This document shows, one piece after another, positions 39,978 to 50,189 of a stretch of 64,000 nt of DNA (positions are counted from its first letter, which is position 1; every line of letters begins with the position of its first letter). The position numbers were made by a program, and so were the translations under genes. Source of the stretch: Candidatus Woesearchaeota archaeon (GTDB taxonomy: Archaea > Nanobdellota > Nanobdellia > Woesearchaeales > SKGA01). The DNA is taken from contig JAIPJP010000001.1 of assembly GCA_021734105.1 (NCBI GenBank), forward strand, positions 36,603-100,602, given 5' to 3'. Below the pieces are notes generated by a model. The model had not been told where the DNA came from. It made no database searches and saw only the letters and a list, made by a program, of their open reading frames with translations.

Positions 39978-40054
39978 AAATCGCCCCGCGCTTAAATATT
40001 TGTCGCTATCAGACAGTGAGACTAAGATTTTAAAAGGCTAGGCGGCTCTGGTGC

Positions 40055-42787
40055 ATGTATATGGGTGGTGATGACTTTCATGAAGCGAGCCTTGAATCAG
40101 TATTTTCCTTGTTTGGAAGCGATAAAACAGGTCTAACCGAACAAGGTGTGGAAAGACTTCGCCAAAAATACGGGTTTAATCAGCTTACTGAGGCAAAATC
40201 AACGCCGCTCATTTTTCGTTTCTTTCTCCAATTCAAAAACTTCTTTTCCCTGCTGTTGTTATTTGGTGCTCTTCTTGCTTTTGTAGGAGAATATTTCTCG
40301 CCTGGCGATGGTAGTAAATTTGTTGGCTATGTCCTTATTGGCGTCACGTGTATTAATGCTATCTTTACGTTCATTCAGGAATACAAAGCCGAGCAGGCCA
40401 TGAAGAGTTTTAAGAATTTATTACCTCAGAAAATCATGGTGCTTCGTGATGGAAATCAAGAAGAAATTGAAAGTAGGTTTATTGTTCCAGGTGACATTGT
40501 TATTTTGCGTGAAGGTGATAAGGTGCCGGCTGATGGACGACTCATAGAATGTCATGATTTAAAGGTTGATCATTCCATGCTCACAGGCGAGTCCGAACCG
40601 CAATTAAGAAGTTTAGAAAAAACAAGTAATAAAATGCTTAATTCGCGCAACATGGTATTTTCAGGAACATTGATTAATTCTGGTTCTGGTCGCATGCTGG
40701 TGGTGCGCACAGCTGATGCTACTGAAATGGGTAAAATTGCAAAACTCACAAGTAGTGTTGAAAAACATGATTCAAAAATTAAGCGCGAACTTAATGTGTT
40801 TGTAAAATTAATTTCTAGTATTGCTGTCGGCCTTGGTATTCTGTTCTTTGGCATAGGGCAACTCATAGGTATCTCAGTTTGGGAAAGTATTATTTTTAGC
40901 ATTGGTATTATTGTTGCAAATGTTCCTGAAGGTCTTTTGCCAACAGTCACATTAACACTTTCACTTGCAGCAAAAAAAATGGCAAAGAATAAAGCGCTCG
41001 TAAAAGACATCGAGTCCATTGAAACGATTGGTAGCGTCACAACCATTTGCACGGATAAAACAGGAACGCTCACGATGAACAAACTTAAAGTTGCATCCTT
41101 GTATTATGATAACAACTATTATGAATTTGAGGATACACATAAAGTATTTTGTGATGAATCTAATGTGAGTTATTTGCATGCATCTGAAGATAAGTTTTTT
41201 GATAAACTACTTGATGCTGCTTTTTTTTGTAATAATGCAACGATGACGAAGGATGGTGCTAAGGGTGATCCAACGGAGATTGCATTAAAAGAAATGGTGC
41301 TTTCGCAAAAACACGCTTTAGAAGAACATCGTTTAGAAGAAATTCCTTTTGATTCTGAAAAAAAATATATGATTACAGCAAACAAAGTAGGTGATAATTC
41401 TTACGCGTTTATGAAAGGTTCTCCTGGTATCGTGCTTGATAAATGTTCTTCTCTGGTGGTAAATGGTAAAGTCGTTTCACTCACTGCTGCGTTGCAGAAA
41501 AAAATTCTTCAGCATAATGATCATCTTGCCAGTAGTGGTATGCGTTTATTAGCAATTGCCTATAAAGATGTTACAAAGAATGCCCTTGATAAAAACAGTT
41601 TAGAAGAAGATACTTATGTCTATCTCGGTCTTGTTGCGATGCAAGATCCTCCTCGAGAAGAAGTGAAGCATGCTGTTGAGCAATGTTATACTGCAGGTAT
41701 TAGAATTATTGTTATTTCGGGCGATCAAGCATTAACTGTTGAAGCTATTGCTCGCCAAACAGAAATTATTAAGGACGGGGATACGTATGATGTTATTGAA
41801 AGTGATGCGTTAGGAAAAATGTCTGATGCAGAGCTAAAAAAATTATTGCGCAAAAAAGAGCCTATTATTTTTGCTCGAGCACTTCCTGAAGATAAACTTC
41901 GCGTGGTTAAAGCGCTTCAAGAACTTGGTGAAATGATTGCAGTTACTGGTGATGGGGTGAATGACGCGCCTGCACTTAAGCAAGCAGATGTTGGTGTTGC
42001 TATGGGTGTTGCTGGAACTGATGTTGCAAAGGATGCTGCAAACATTGTACTTTTAGATGATAATTTTGCAACAATTGTAAAAGCAATTAAAACTGGTCGA
42101 ACAGTATTTGATAATGTTAAAAAATTCATTCTGTATATCTTAACAAGTAATATTCCTGAACTTTTACCCTTCCTCTTCTTTGTGCTTTTAGGTTGGCCGC
42201 TGGCTCTTCCTGTACTATTAATTTTAGCAATAGATGTGTTTACTGATATCTTGCCGGCTATCGCGCTGGGTATGGAAAAACCTGATGCTGATGTCATGAA
42301 ATTACCTCCGCGAAATCCTAAGGCAAAACTCTTAACAGGAAGAATGCTCGCTCGCTCGTATGGCTTTGTTGGTCCTGTCCAGGCAGCAACATCGTTTGTT
42401 GTTTTCTTCATGATATTATATAGTGGTGGCTGGACGTTTGGCACACCTATCGGCGTTGCTGATCCGTTGTATTTCTCTGCTGTTACTGGTTTTTTTGCTG
42501 CAATTTTAGTCACGCAGTTTTTTGATAATAGAAGTTGTCGCACTATTCGTCTTTCAACATTGAATAAGGGCTTCATCAAAAATAAGATTTTCTTACTTGG
42601 TCTTGTTGTGCAGTTTACTGTCTTAATGCTCATGATGCACGCGCCATTTATGCAAAAGATTTTTGGAACCGGTCCGTTCCCTCTAGAATTTTTGTGGATT
42701 GCTCTTGTTGGCGGACTTTTTATTCTGGGTACTGAAGAATTACGAAAGTATATTTTTAGAAAGACTGGTCGCTTCGGCGTGTATTAA
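40055..42787 (+). CDS. P2-type cation-transporting P-type ATPase, Ca2+/cation type.
   Basis: The motifs are 'CTDKTGTLT', 'PEGL', 'KGSPG', 'VAVTGDGVNDAPALKQADVGVAMG' and about 10 TM segments. Confidence 0.9.
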   Translation: MYMGGDDFHEASLESVFSLFGSDKTGLTEQGVERLRQKYGFNQLTEAKSTPLIFRFFLQFKNFFSLLLLFGALLAFVGEYFSPGDGSKFVGYVLIGVTCINAIFTFIQEYKAEQAMKSFKNLLPQKIMVLRDGNQEEIESRFIVPGDIVILREGDKVPADGRLIECHDLKVDHSMLTGESEPQLRSLEKTSNKMLNSRNMVFSGTLINSGSGRMLVVRTADATEMGKIAKLTSSVEKHDSKIKRELNVFVKLISSIAVGLGILFFGIGQLIGISVWESIIFSIGIIVANVPEGLLPTVTLTLSLAAKKMAKNKALVKDIESIETIGSVTTICTDKTGTLTMNKLKVASLYYDNNYYEFEDTHKVFCDESNVSYLHASEDKFFDKLLDAAFFCNNATMTKDGAKGDPTEIALKEMVLSQKHALEEHRLEEIPFDSEKKYMITANKVGDNSYAFMKGSPGIVLDKCSSLVVNGKVVSLTAALQKKILQHNDHLASSGMRLLAIAYKDVTKNALDKNSLEEDTYVYLGLVAMQDPPREEVKHAVEQCYTAGIRIIVISGDQALTVEAIARQTEIIKDGDTYDVIESDALGKMSDAELKKLLRKKEPIIFARALPEDKLRVVKALQELGEMIAVTGDGVNDAPALKQADVGVAMGVAGTDVAKDAANIVLLDDNFATIVKAIKTGRTVFDNVKKFILYILTSNIPELLPFLFFVLLGWPLALPVLLILAIDVFTDILPAIALGMEKPDADVMKLPPRNPKAKLLTGRMLARSYGFVGPVQAATSFVVFFMILYSGGWTFGTPIGVADPLYFSAVTGFFAAILVTQFFDNRSCRTIRLSTLNKGFIKNKIFLLGLVVQFTVLMLMMHAPFMQKIFGTGPFPLEFLWIALVGGLFILGTEELRKYIFRKTGRFGVY

Positions 42788-43335
42788 TGTTGTTGGATAA
42801 GTGCGTATAATTCTTGTTTTGTTGTGGTTATAGTTGCTATTTGAGCAAGGTTTGTTATTGCCTCTGGGTGTTCGTGTTTTTGATCAGCTTCACTTCCTAT
42901 AAGATCACATGATGTATATAGGTGATAGCCTTTTTCCTTACCTGCTTGTGCTGTTGCTAACACGCAGACGTTTGCATTAATTCCTGTAAGCATAAGGTGT
43001 GTGAGGTTAAATTGTTGTAGTGTTTGTTCCAAATAAAATGTGCTAAATCCGTTATTTCTGTATTTTGGAATAATATGTTGTTTTTGATTTGAAAAAAATG
43101 TTTTGATAGGGTTTATGGTGGGACCATGTTTTTTTGGTCGTAGTTCCACAGCAAAAAAAGGAATACTGCAATTGCTAAGATAGGTAAGAAATTCTTTGTG
43201 GTTGTTGATAAGTTGTTGTTGGTCTTCTTTTAAGAGTCCTTCTCGCGGGTCTTCTACGTTGTGCTTATTGCCATAGACGAGGTCTTCTTGCATATCGATA
43301 ACAAGTGCTCCCCAGACAGGATGATTCTTATTCAT
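42784..43335 (-). CDS. Isochorismatase-family hydrolase (cysteine hydrolase / nicotinamidase-like).
   Basis: The motifs are 'GALVIDMQEDL' and 'LMLTGINANVCVLATAQAGKEKGY'. Confidence 0.65.
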   Translation of the reverse strand: MNKNHPVWGALVIDMQEDLVYGNKHNVEDPREGLLKEDQQQLINNHKEFLTYLSNCSIPFFAVELRPKKHGPTINPIKTFFSNQKQHIIPKYRNNGFSTFYLEQTLQQFNLTHLMLTGINANVCVLATAQAGKEKGYHLYTSCDLIGSEADQKHEHPEAITNLAQIATITTTKQELYALIQQH

Positions 43336-43545
43336 GTAAAAAGTAAATTTTATTTCAGTTTAAATAAGTGTTCTTTCTTTCAAATTGGATTAGACTGGCT
43401 TTTTTCCCTACTAGAACAATAACTGTTTCTTTGCAAATAACACTTTTTTTGACTAGGAAGTGATAGTTTTAAATGTTATTTATATACTGAGCTATATATA
43501 TTAAAAAAGATTTAAATATCTTCAAAAGCATAATTTTGAGAGGAG

Positions 43546-44259
43546 ATGGGTATGCGTTTACAGGCTGTTTGTTTAAGTGCAATAATTCTACTAGTTTTAA
43601 CACCATCTTCTTTTGTTTTTGCAGAGCAACAAAATCAGACTATTCCAGTGTATACATTCACTAACTGCAATCATTCCATTATTAATATTGTGGTCACGCC
43701 ACTTCATGAAATGTATACCCAAGAATATGTGCTTCATGAATGTGAGCTTATTAATGAATCTAAACAACTGTGGGAGTGTATTTGTGAAGATAGCTTAGAA
43801 GTAACTTTGAAGAGTTTGCAAGGACCGCCAAAAACATATGTGTATACGCTTGTTGCTGTTGATAACGAAGATGCATCCTTATTAGAAGAACCATCTATAG
43901 ACTCCATTGAGTCCTCAACAGTCGTTGTAGAAAAAGTTGCTTCTAATAAATCTCCCTTGCCTGCAGAAATTGTTGTACCGCAATCAAAAATATCATTTAG
44001 AAATAAACTTACTGGCGCAGTTATTGGCGCAGAAAATTTTTCAATTGCTCAATGGGTTATAGTGTTTATAGTGGTATTATTGCTTTCACTTCTTATTAAT
44101 ATTAGATTTCTTGATATGCCGTGGCAGAATGCCTCTCAACGTGCGAAACGGTTTCATCGTCATGCAAAAAAATTGTTTGATGAGGGCGAGCATAATCGTG
44201 CTAAGTGTTATTATGCAAAGGCTGCGAAATTACGTGAGCATAAGCGTTATTCTAAATGA
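43546..44259 (+). CDS. Secreted or membrane protein with a signal peptide, a C-terminal TM helix and a basic tail.
   Basis: The signal peptide is 'AVCLSAIILLVLTPSSFVFA'. The TM helix is 'IAQWVIVFIVVLLLSLLINIRFL'. Confidence 0.5.
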   Translation: MGMRLQAVCLSAIILLVLTPSSFVFAEQQNQTIPVYTFTNCNHSIINIVVTPLHEMYTQEYVLHECELINESKQLWECICEDSLEVTLKSLQGPPKTYVYTLVAVDNEDASLLEEPSIDSIESSTVVVEKVASNKSPLPAEIVVPQSKISFRNKLTGAVIGAENFSIAQWVIVFIVVLLLSLLINIRFLDMPWQNASQRAKRFHRHAKKLFDEGEHNRAKCYYAKAAKLREHKRYSK

Positions 44260-44470
44260 GTAGTGTATCGTCCAAAAATACTTTTGTAAACAACGGCGAA
44301 GAATTGTTGCTCGTCAACTCGCAATGAGTTAATATTCATCGTGAGTATTTTGCCTTGCTTGCGCAACACAAAATACGCTGAACAAAAGAAATCTTCAAGG
44401 CCGTCTTGCGTTTACAGGATTTTTTTCTGTCTTGCTTAACTTTTCTTCAAGGTGGCACTGCTTTCTTTGT

Positions 44471-45004
44471 TTATTTCTTTCCAAAGGTATAGCTAATAAA
44501 CGGTGTTTGCGCAACCCATTCAGTCTTACCTTTTTTTGCTTTGTTGGCTTCAGGAAGAAAAATACCTTGATAGACGTAGAGTGTGCCTGTAAATTCGTTA
44601 TGTAGTTTTTTAAGAAATGTATCACTGAACGGTTGGTCTGCATAGCTAAATAGGACATCAACATCATGAAAGTCAAATTCTTCAAAATCTCGCTGAAAGA
44701 AACGTGCTGTGCTATTAAGTTTCTTGGCATGTGTTTTACTTTCTGCAATAAGTGCGGGGTCGAATTCTACGCCGCTTGCCCGAGTGAAAAAACTAGCTAT
44801 AATCGCTACTCGTCCATCGCCGCTACCCAAATCAACGACGTGTTCTGCTTCTTCTAATTTAATTTTTTTAAAGAATTCAAGAAGCGTTGTTGTATCGCTC
44901 ACGCCAAAAATACCTTTAGTTGTATCGTGCACGTAGGTACCTTTTTCTTTTTTTTCGGTATCTAGTTTTGCAAAATAGTTGAGTATGTCTTGCATAAAGG
45001 GCAT
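44471..45004 (-). CDS. Small class-I SAM-dependent methyltransferase.
   Basis: Motif I reads 'VVDLGSGDGRVAIIA'. Confidence 0.6.
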   Translation of the reverse strand: MPFMQDILNYFAKLDTEKKEKGTYVHDTTKGIFGVSDTTTLLEFFKKIKLEEAEHVVDLGSGDGRVAIIASFFTRASGVEFDPALIAESKTHAKKLNSTARFFQRDFEEFDFHDVDVLFSYADQPFSDTFLKKLHNEFTGTLYVYQGIFLPEANKAKKGKTEWVAQTPFISYTFGKK

Positions 45005-45049
45005 AATTGGAATACAGATTTATATACTATGGGTTTTTCCTTTATAAAT

Positions 45050-46039
45050 ATGGCATTTAATGATTTACCTCCAATTGAGAAGCTGGACGTGTACTTAGAC
45101 TCGGCTTTTAAGCGAGCGAGAACCAATGCTCGAAAATACGTGCTTAAAGAATCTGAAAAGTCAGCGCTAGCAAGAACACGAACACTCGCACTCCTAAAGA
45201 TAGGGACAATTAAAGATTATCTTAGTGAGAGTTTTAGATCGATTATTGCCAAATACCCTAATTTTGATAATTTAACAGAGTTTTACACCCAACTTCTTAA
45301 AGTACTGCTTGATTATAAGAAACTTAAGAAATCGTTAGGTAGTATTGATTGGTTTGTAAAACAACTTGCTTTGCTTTCTAAAAAATATGGTCGGCTTGTT
45401 CGTTCAGCAACATCTGCTAATCAAGTTGATATGTTTATGGGCGAGTATTATGGGCGAGTAAGTTCTTCGTTAAAACAAATTAAAGGCGAATTACAATCGT
45501 TACATGGTGCTCGACAACAACTTAGGGAATTTCCTAGTATTAAAGAAGGATTATTCACCGTGTGTATTGCAGGATTTCCAAATGTGGGCAAATCAACGCT
45601 ATTAAGTAAACTCACCCCTGCAAAACCTGAGATTAATCGTTATGCATTCACTACAAAAAAACTTAATATGGGTTATAGTGCAGATGATGGTAAAAAAATA
45701 CAATTTATTGATACGCCTGGCGCGCTGAATCGTTTAGAAAAAATGAATGAGATTGAAAAACAAGCGTTCTTAGCGATGAAATATGTGGGCGATGTGTTAG
45801 TATATGTGTTTGACTTAACAGAGGATTCCTATCCGCTTGCTGATCAACAAAAACTTTTCAAACGATTAAAAGATTTAGATAAGACGATGCTCTGTTATCT
45901 TTCTAAAACTGATATTCTGGATTCATCTGTCATTACTGATTTCCAAGAAACATTTGTCAAAAAGAAGATTCCTCTTTACCTTAATCAAGAACAATTACTT
46001 GCCGCTTTGTATTTACTTCATAAAGATTTTTTTGCATAA
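45050..46039 (+). CDS. Nog1-type GTPase, the archaeal/eukaryotic ribosome-biogenesis GTP-binding protein family.
   Basis: The N-terminus 'MAFNDLPPIEKLDVYLDSAFKRA' is like the Nog1 N-domain. G1 is 'GFPNVGKST', G2 is 'FTT' and G3 is 'DTPG'. The track start at 44990 (a TTG) would overlap the divergent methyltransferase start, so I chose the ATG at 45050. The exact start is uncertain. Confidence 0.65.
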   Translation: MAFNDLPPIEKLDVYLDSAFKRARTNARKYVLKESEKSALARTRTLALLKIGTIKDYLSESFRSIIAKYPNFDNLTEFYTQLLKVLLDYKKLKKSLGSIDWFVKQLALLSKKYGRLVRSATSANQVDMFMGEYYGRVSSSLKQIKGELQSLHGARQQLREFPSIKEGLFTVCIAGFPNVGKSTLLSKLTPAKPEINRYAFTTKKLNMGYSADDGKKIQFIDTPGALNRLEKMNEIEKQAFLAMKYVGDVLVYVFDLTEDSYPLADQQKLFKRLKDLDKTMLCYLSKTDILDSSVITDFQETFVKKKIPLYLNQEQLLAALYLLHKDFFA

Positions 46040-46046
46040 ACAAGAG

Positions 46047-46292
46047 ATGAGTATTATGGATGAATTATTAAATCATAAAAAAGATTTTGAACGTATTGTT
46101 ACTACGTATAATTTAGATGATGAAGTAACTGCAGGTAAGATTGCTGATTTCATGTTTAGTCATCCGCAAGGATTGGTTTCTGTTTCTGATTTTGCAGAAG
46201 AATTTTCTCTTCCAGAAAAAGAAGCGCATATTTTTCTTTCATTTATCTTAAAAGGTTTGCAATTTAAAGAAGACGTTATAGATAAGAAATAA
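46047..46292 (+). CDS. Small protein of 81 aa, possibly winged-helix.
   Basis: The ATG follows immediately after the Nog1 stop. There is no recognisable motif. Confidence 0.35.
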   Translation: MSIMDELLNHKKDFERIVTTYNLDDEVTAGKIADFMFSHPQGLVSVSDFAEEFSLPEKEAHIFLSFILKGLQFKEDVIDKK

Positions 46293-46504
46293 TTAAGGAT
46301 TCGACGTTTTTTTTTTACAAAACTATTTTTTACTAAGAACTCATGTAGTGCTGCCTTGCAGTCGTTAACAAATTCATCGCATTTCGAAAAGTTGCTTTGA
46401 GAAATTATTGTGCTGAATGGTAGTATTTTGTTACGCGTTGCGTACAAGGGGTCTGCGCAGCAAGAAATACTTATGTGCTGCCCTCTTACGCCACAATGCC
46501 ACAA

Positions 46505-46516
46505 TATATATAAATC
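46505..46516 (+). promoter_or_regulatory. TATA box of the metG promoter, about 25 nt upstream of the ATG. The transcript is probably leaderless.
   Basis: 'atatatataaat' ends about 22 nt before the ATG at 46538. No SD lies between them. Confidence 0.4.
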
Positions 46517-46537
46517 AACTGCCTTTATTCTTGTCTT

Positions 46538-48847
46538 ATGACAAAGAAAATCCTTATCACAAGTGCTCTTCCTTACGTGAATAATATTCCTCATTTAGGC
46601 AATCTTATCGGCTCAACTTTAAGTGCTGATGTGTTTGCTCGCTATATGCGTCTTAAGCACGGTAAAGATCACGTGCTCTATGTTTGTGGTGCTGATGAGC
46701 ATGGTACGGCTACGGAGACAAAAGCAAAAGAAGATGGTGTCACGCCGCAGGAACTTTGTGATAAGTATTATGCAATTCATAAGGATATTTATGACTGGTT
46801 TAACATTTCCTTTGATGTCTTTGGCAGGACGAGTAAAGAGAATCACGCTAAAATTACTAGAGATTTATTCAAAGACGTGCTTACGAATGGTTTTATTAAA
46901 GAAGATACGATTACGCAACCGTTTTGCACAATCTGTAACTCTTTTTTAGCCGACCGCTTTATTGAAGGTACCTGTCCTCATTGCGGCTATGAAGAGGCTC
47001 GTGGCGATCAATGCGATCATTGCGGAAAATTATTAAATCCTCAGGACTTACAAAATCCTCGTTGTAAATCCGATGGTTCGACGCCCGAATTTCGCGAGAC
47101 GAAACATTTATTCTTACAGCTTGATCAGCTCCAACCAGAACTTGAAACGTGGGTGCATGAACAAAGCAAGAAAGGCTTTTGGACACAGAATGCTATTCGT
47201 ACAACCAAAGCGTGGTTTAAAGAGGGTCTTAAACAGCGCGCAATTACGCGAGACTTAAAATGGGGCATTAGTTTACCTGAGTCTGTATATGACGGGCAGT
47301 ATAAAGACAAAGTATTCTATGTGTGGTTTGATGCGCCTATTGGTTATATTTCTTTAACAGAGCAATTACTCGGTGATGCTTGGCAAGATTGGTGGATTGC
47401 AGGAAAAGCAGATGTTGATTTGTATCAATTCATGGGCAAGGATAATATTCCCTTTCACAGTATTATTTTTCCAGCAACACTTATTGCTGCAGGTAACAAG
47501 CATAATTTGGTGCACCATTTAGATGCAACAGAATATCTAAACTATGAGCATACCAAATTCTCTAAGAGTCGTGGTACGGGCGTGTTTGGTAATGATGCAA
47601 AAGAAACAGGAATTCCTGCTGATGTGTTTCGCTATGTCTTATGTTATTATCGTCCTGAGAATGCCGATACGCAGTTTACGTGGAAGGGTTTACAAGAGCG
47701 TTTGAATAATGAGCTCGTTGCTAATTTTGGTAATTTTGTTAATCGCACACTAACATTCACGCAACGATTTTTTGAGGGTAAAATTTCCTCGCTTGATGAG
47801 AATGCGTTTGATAGTGATACGTCGCTTCGCGTTTTGAATTGGCGTGCTGAAATTGATACATATTTGCAACTGCTTGACGAAGTGAACATTCGTGATGCGC
47901 TTGCGCACTTCATGAAACTATGCAGTATGGGTAATGGTTTCTTTCAAGATGCTGCGCCGTGGAAAACAAAAGATGACGATCCAACTAAAGCTAAACAAGA
48001 TGTTGCAATTCTCATTAATTTTGTAAAAGACTTAGCAATTCTTGCAGAGCCCTTCATGCCAGAAACGAGTGAGAAGATTTTCAAACAATTAAATTGGGAT
48101 GTTGAAGGTCTGGTTGATGCAGGCGAACTTTCTGTGCAAAATCATGTGATAGGCACTCCTGAAATTCTCTTCCAAAAAATTGAAGATGAAACTGTTGAAT
48201 TACTTCGAGCACAATTTGCTGGTGGGAAAGAAGAAAAGCAATTAAAGTCTGATACGCAGAAAATCACTACTGCTACTGAACCCCTGAAAGCTACTGCTGC
48301 TAAACAGAAAGCTAATATGGCTACTGAACCCCGGAACGTTACTGCTGCTAATAAAAACCCTGCTAAGCAATTATCTGTGACTGACTTGGATTTGCGCGTG
48401 GGAAAAATTGTGCATGTTATCAAGCATTCTAATGCTGAAAAATTGTTTATTGAAAAAGTTGATTTTGGTGATGGCGATCCGGTACAAATTGTTTCTGGTT
48501 TGGTCGGTCATTACACGCCTAAAGAACTAGAAGGAAAACATATTGTTGTGGTGCGTAATCTTAAGCCTGCAAAGCTTCGTGGCGAGCTAAGTCATGGTAT
48601 GCTTTTAGCAGCTGAAGATAAAGAAGGAACAGTTGCGCTCATAGAGGCTCCCGATGCGCAATTAGGCGATAGGGTTTTACCTAAAGATATGAATGGCGCG
48701 TCAAAAGAGCAAATTGGCATTGAAGAATTTTTTATCTTAGTTATGGAATTAAAAAACGGCAAGCCGTACATGAATAATCAAGAATTGCTTGCTGAAGGTA
48801 AACATCTCCTTGCTGATAAAGGAGTACTTGAAGGAAAAATTCGTTAA
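46538..48847 (+). CDS. metG: Methionyl-tRNA synthetase with a C-terminal tRNA-binding domain (EMAP/Trbp111-like).
   Basis: HIGH is 'PHLGN'. The Zn knuckle is 'CPHCGYEEARGDQCDHCG'. KMSKS is 'KFSKS'. The C-terminus reads 'LDLRVGKIVHVIKHSNAEKLFIEKVDFGDG...VSGL'. Confidence 0.9.
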   Translation: MTKKILITSALPYVNNIPHLGNLIGSTLSADVFARYMRLKHGKDHVLYVCGADEHGTATETKAKEDGVTPQELCDKYYAIHKDIYDWFNISFDVFGRTSKENHAKITRDLFKDVLTNGFIKEDTITQPFCTICNSFLADRFIEGTCPHCGYEEARGDQCDHCGKLLNPQDLQNPRCKSDGSTPEFRETKHLFLQLDQLQPELETWVHEQSKKGFWTQNAIRTTKAWFKEGLKQRAITRDLKWGISLPESVYDGQYKDKVFYVWFDAPIGYISLTEQLLGDAWQDWWIAGKADVDLYQFMGKDNIPFHSIIFPATLIAAGNKHNLVHHLDATEYLNYEHTKFSKSRGTGVFGNDAKETGIPADVFRYVLCYYRPENADTQFTWKGLQERLNNELVANFGNFVNRTLTFTQRFFEGKISSLDENAFDSDTSLRVLNWRAEIDTYLQLLDEVNIRDALAHFMKLCSMGNGFFQDAAPWKTKDDDPTKAKQDVAILINFVKDLAILAEPFMPETSEKIFKQLNWDVEGLVDAGELSVQNHVIGTPEILFQKIEDETVELLRAQFAGGKEEKQLKSDTQKITTATEPLKATAAKQKANMATEPRNVTAANKNPAKQLSVTDLDLRVGKIVHVIKHSNAEKLFIEKVDFGDGDPVQIVSGLVGHYTPKELEGKHIVVVRNLKPAKLRGELSHGMLLAAEDKEGTVALIEAPDAQLGDRVLPKDMNGASKEQIGIEEFFILVMELKNGKPYMNNQELLAEGKHLLADKGVLEGKIR

Positions 48848-48882
48848 GTATTTGTTGCTTATTTAAAATAAATAAATGGTAC

Positions 48883-49629
48883 TTATTTTTTTGTTATAGC
48901 GTAAAGTTGAGTATCTAGTTTTACTGTATTAACTTGTGGATTACTTCTTGCTCTATAATGAAAGTCTGAACAATTGTCAATATGAATTCCTTTTGGATGA
49001 AGTTTTTGAGCAATTAAAGACATACACTCGTTGAAATAGTTATCGTCTGTAATTATTGCCCAGTCAATGCCCGATGTTATAAAACTTGCAGAATTATCTG
49101 GAATTTTTTTAAGCACTGTTTTCATATCTGAATCAATAATGTGTAAAGGTAATTCGTAGTCAAAATATTTTTCTTGTTTGTAATAGTTTACATCCTCTTC
49201 TAAATTTTCTTTAGCGACTTCAAAATTGAGTGCTTCAACACCGATATATCCTTTAGCCTTTACTTTACTTAATAATTTATATACTGATCCTGGAAATTCT
49301 CCTGCTCCTAAGTCAAAAACAATTTGATTTTTAAATTTTTGAAGTGACTCGTATTTCTTAATTTCGTTATGAGGATTAATTCCATATTCGGCAAAAGGAC
49401 GTTTTGAATTAATTGCTTCTTCATACTCTTTGAGTTTTTTTTCAAACAGTGTTTTATCAAGATATTTTTTAGAATCTTCAAAAGAACATCCTATATTCCA
49501 AGCAAACGCTTCGTTAAACCCGTTGCAAATAGTACTTATAGAGTCATTTCTCAAAATTGTTTCAGGTTCTAAAATTCTGAGCATATCTTCAAAGGACATT
49601 ACTTGATGAGGTTCATTAATCTTATTCAT
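48883..49629 (-). CDS. Hypothetical protein, possibly a methyltransferase fold.
   Basis: 'VFDLGAGEFPGSVY' is a weak motif-I-like stretch. Confidence 0.45.
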   Translation of the reverse strand: MNKINEPHQVMSFEDMLRILEPETILRNDSISTICNGFNEAFAWNIGCSFEDSKKYLDKTLFEKKLKEYEEAINSKRPFAEYGINPHNEIKKYESLQKFKNQIVFDLGAGEFPGSVYKLLSKVKAKGYIGVEALNFEVAKENLEEDVNYYKQEKYFDYELPLHIIDSDMKTVLKKIPDNSASFITSGIDWAIITDDNYFNECMSLIAQKLHPKGIHIDNCSDFHYRARSNPQVNTVKLDTQLYAITKK

Positions 49630-49827
49630 ACCTTATTGTTTGATTTTAATATATATAAACTTTTCTATAAATAACTACTATAAAGTGACAAATAGACATA
49701 AATGTGTTAAAAATACGTCGAGTGCAAGTACAATTCCTGCTGTATAAATGGTGCTTTCTCTTGCGTAACGCTTAAAAACCCTTGCGTCTTAGGTCTATTA
49801 TACAGTGTTGAGACGAGGATATTAAAC

Positions 49828-50142
49828 ATGGCAAAAATGTATGATAGATGTAAATTATGTGGTCAATCTAAATTTCTTAATTTTATGGGTTTATGTAAAC
49901 GTTGCGGGAAAGACCCAAAAGCGCACGCTATTATGGATGCGGCAGTTGAACAACGAAGAGAAAATCTTGCTGCGGCAGCAGTTGATGCGAAAAAAGCAGC
50001 AACAGAGGCTGCTCAAGAAGCTGCAAACGCAATAGAAATGAATGAAACGGGGGAAGCAGCAAATACAGCAAAAATAGATTCTACTGAATCAAAAGCAGAT
50101 AGTAACAATGCTAAAGGCGCTTCAACTGAGAAGAAAGAGTAG
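49828..50142 (+). CDS. Small zinc-ribbon protein with an Ala-rich acidic tail.
   Basis: It reads 'CKLCGQSKFLNFMGLCKRCGKD', which gives two CxxC pairs. Confidence 0.5.
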   Translation: MAKMYDRCKLCGQSKFLNFMGLCKRCGKDPKAHAIMDAAVEQRRENLAAAAVDAKKAATEAAQEAANAIEMNETGEAANTAKIDSTESKADSNNAKGASTEKKE

Positions 50143-50189
50143 TTAAGACGCTATAAGCTTATAAAGGTGTATTTCTTATACGAGATTAG

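Noticed and set aside
44395-44748. A 117-aa ORF on the minus strand overlapping the methyltransferase gene.
   Set aside because: It is nested in a different frame of the well-supported methyltransferase CDS and has no motif or RBS.
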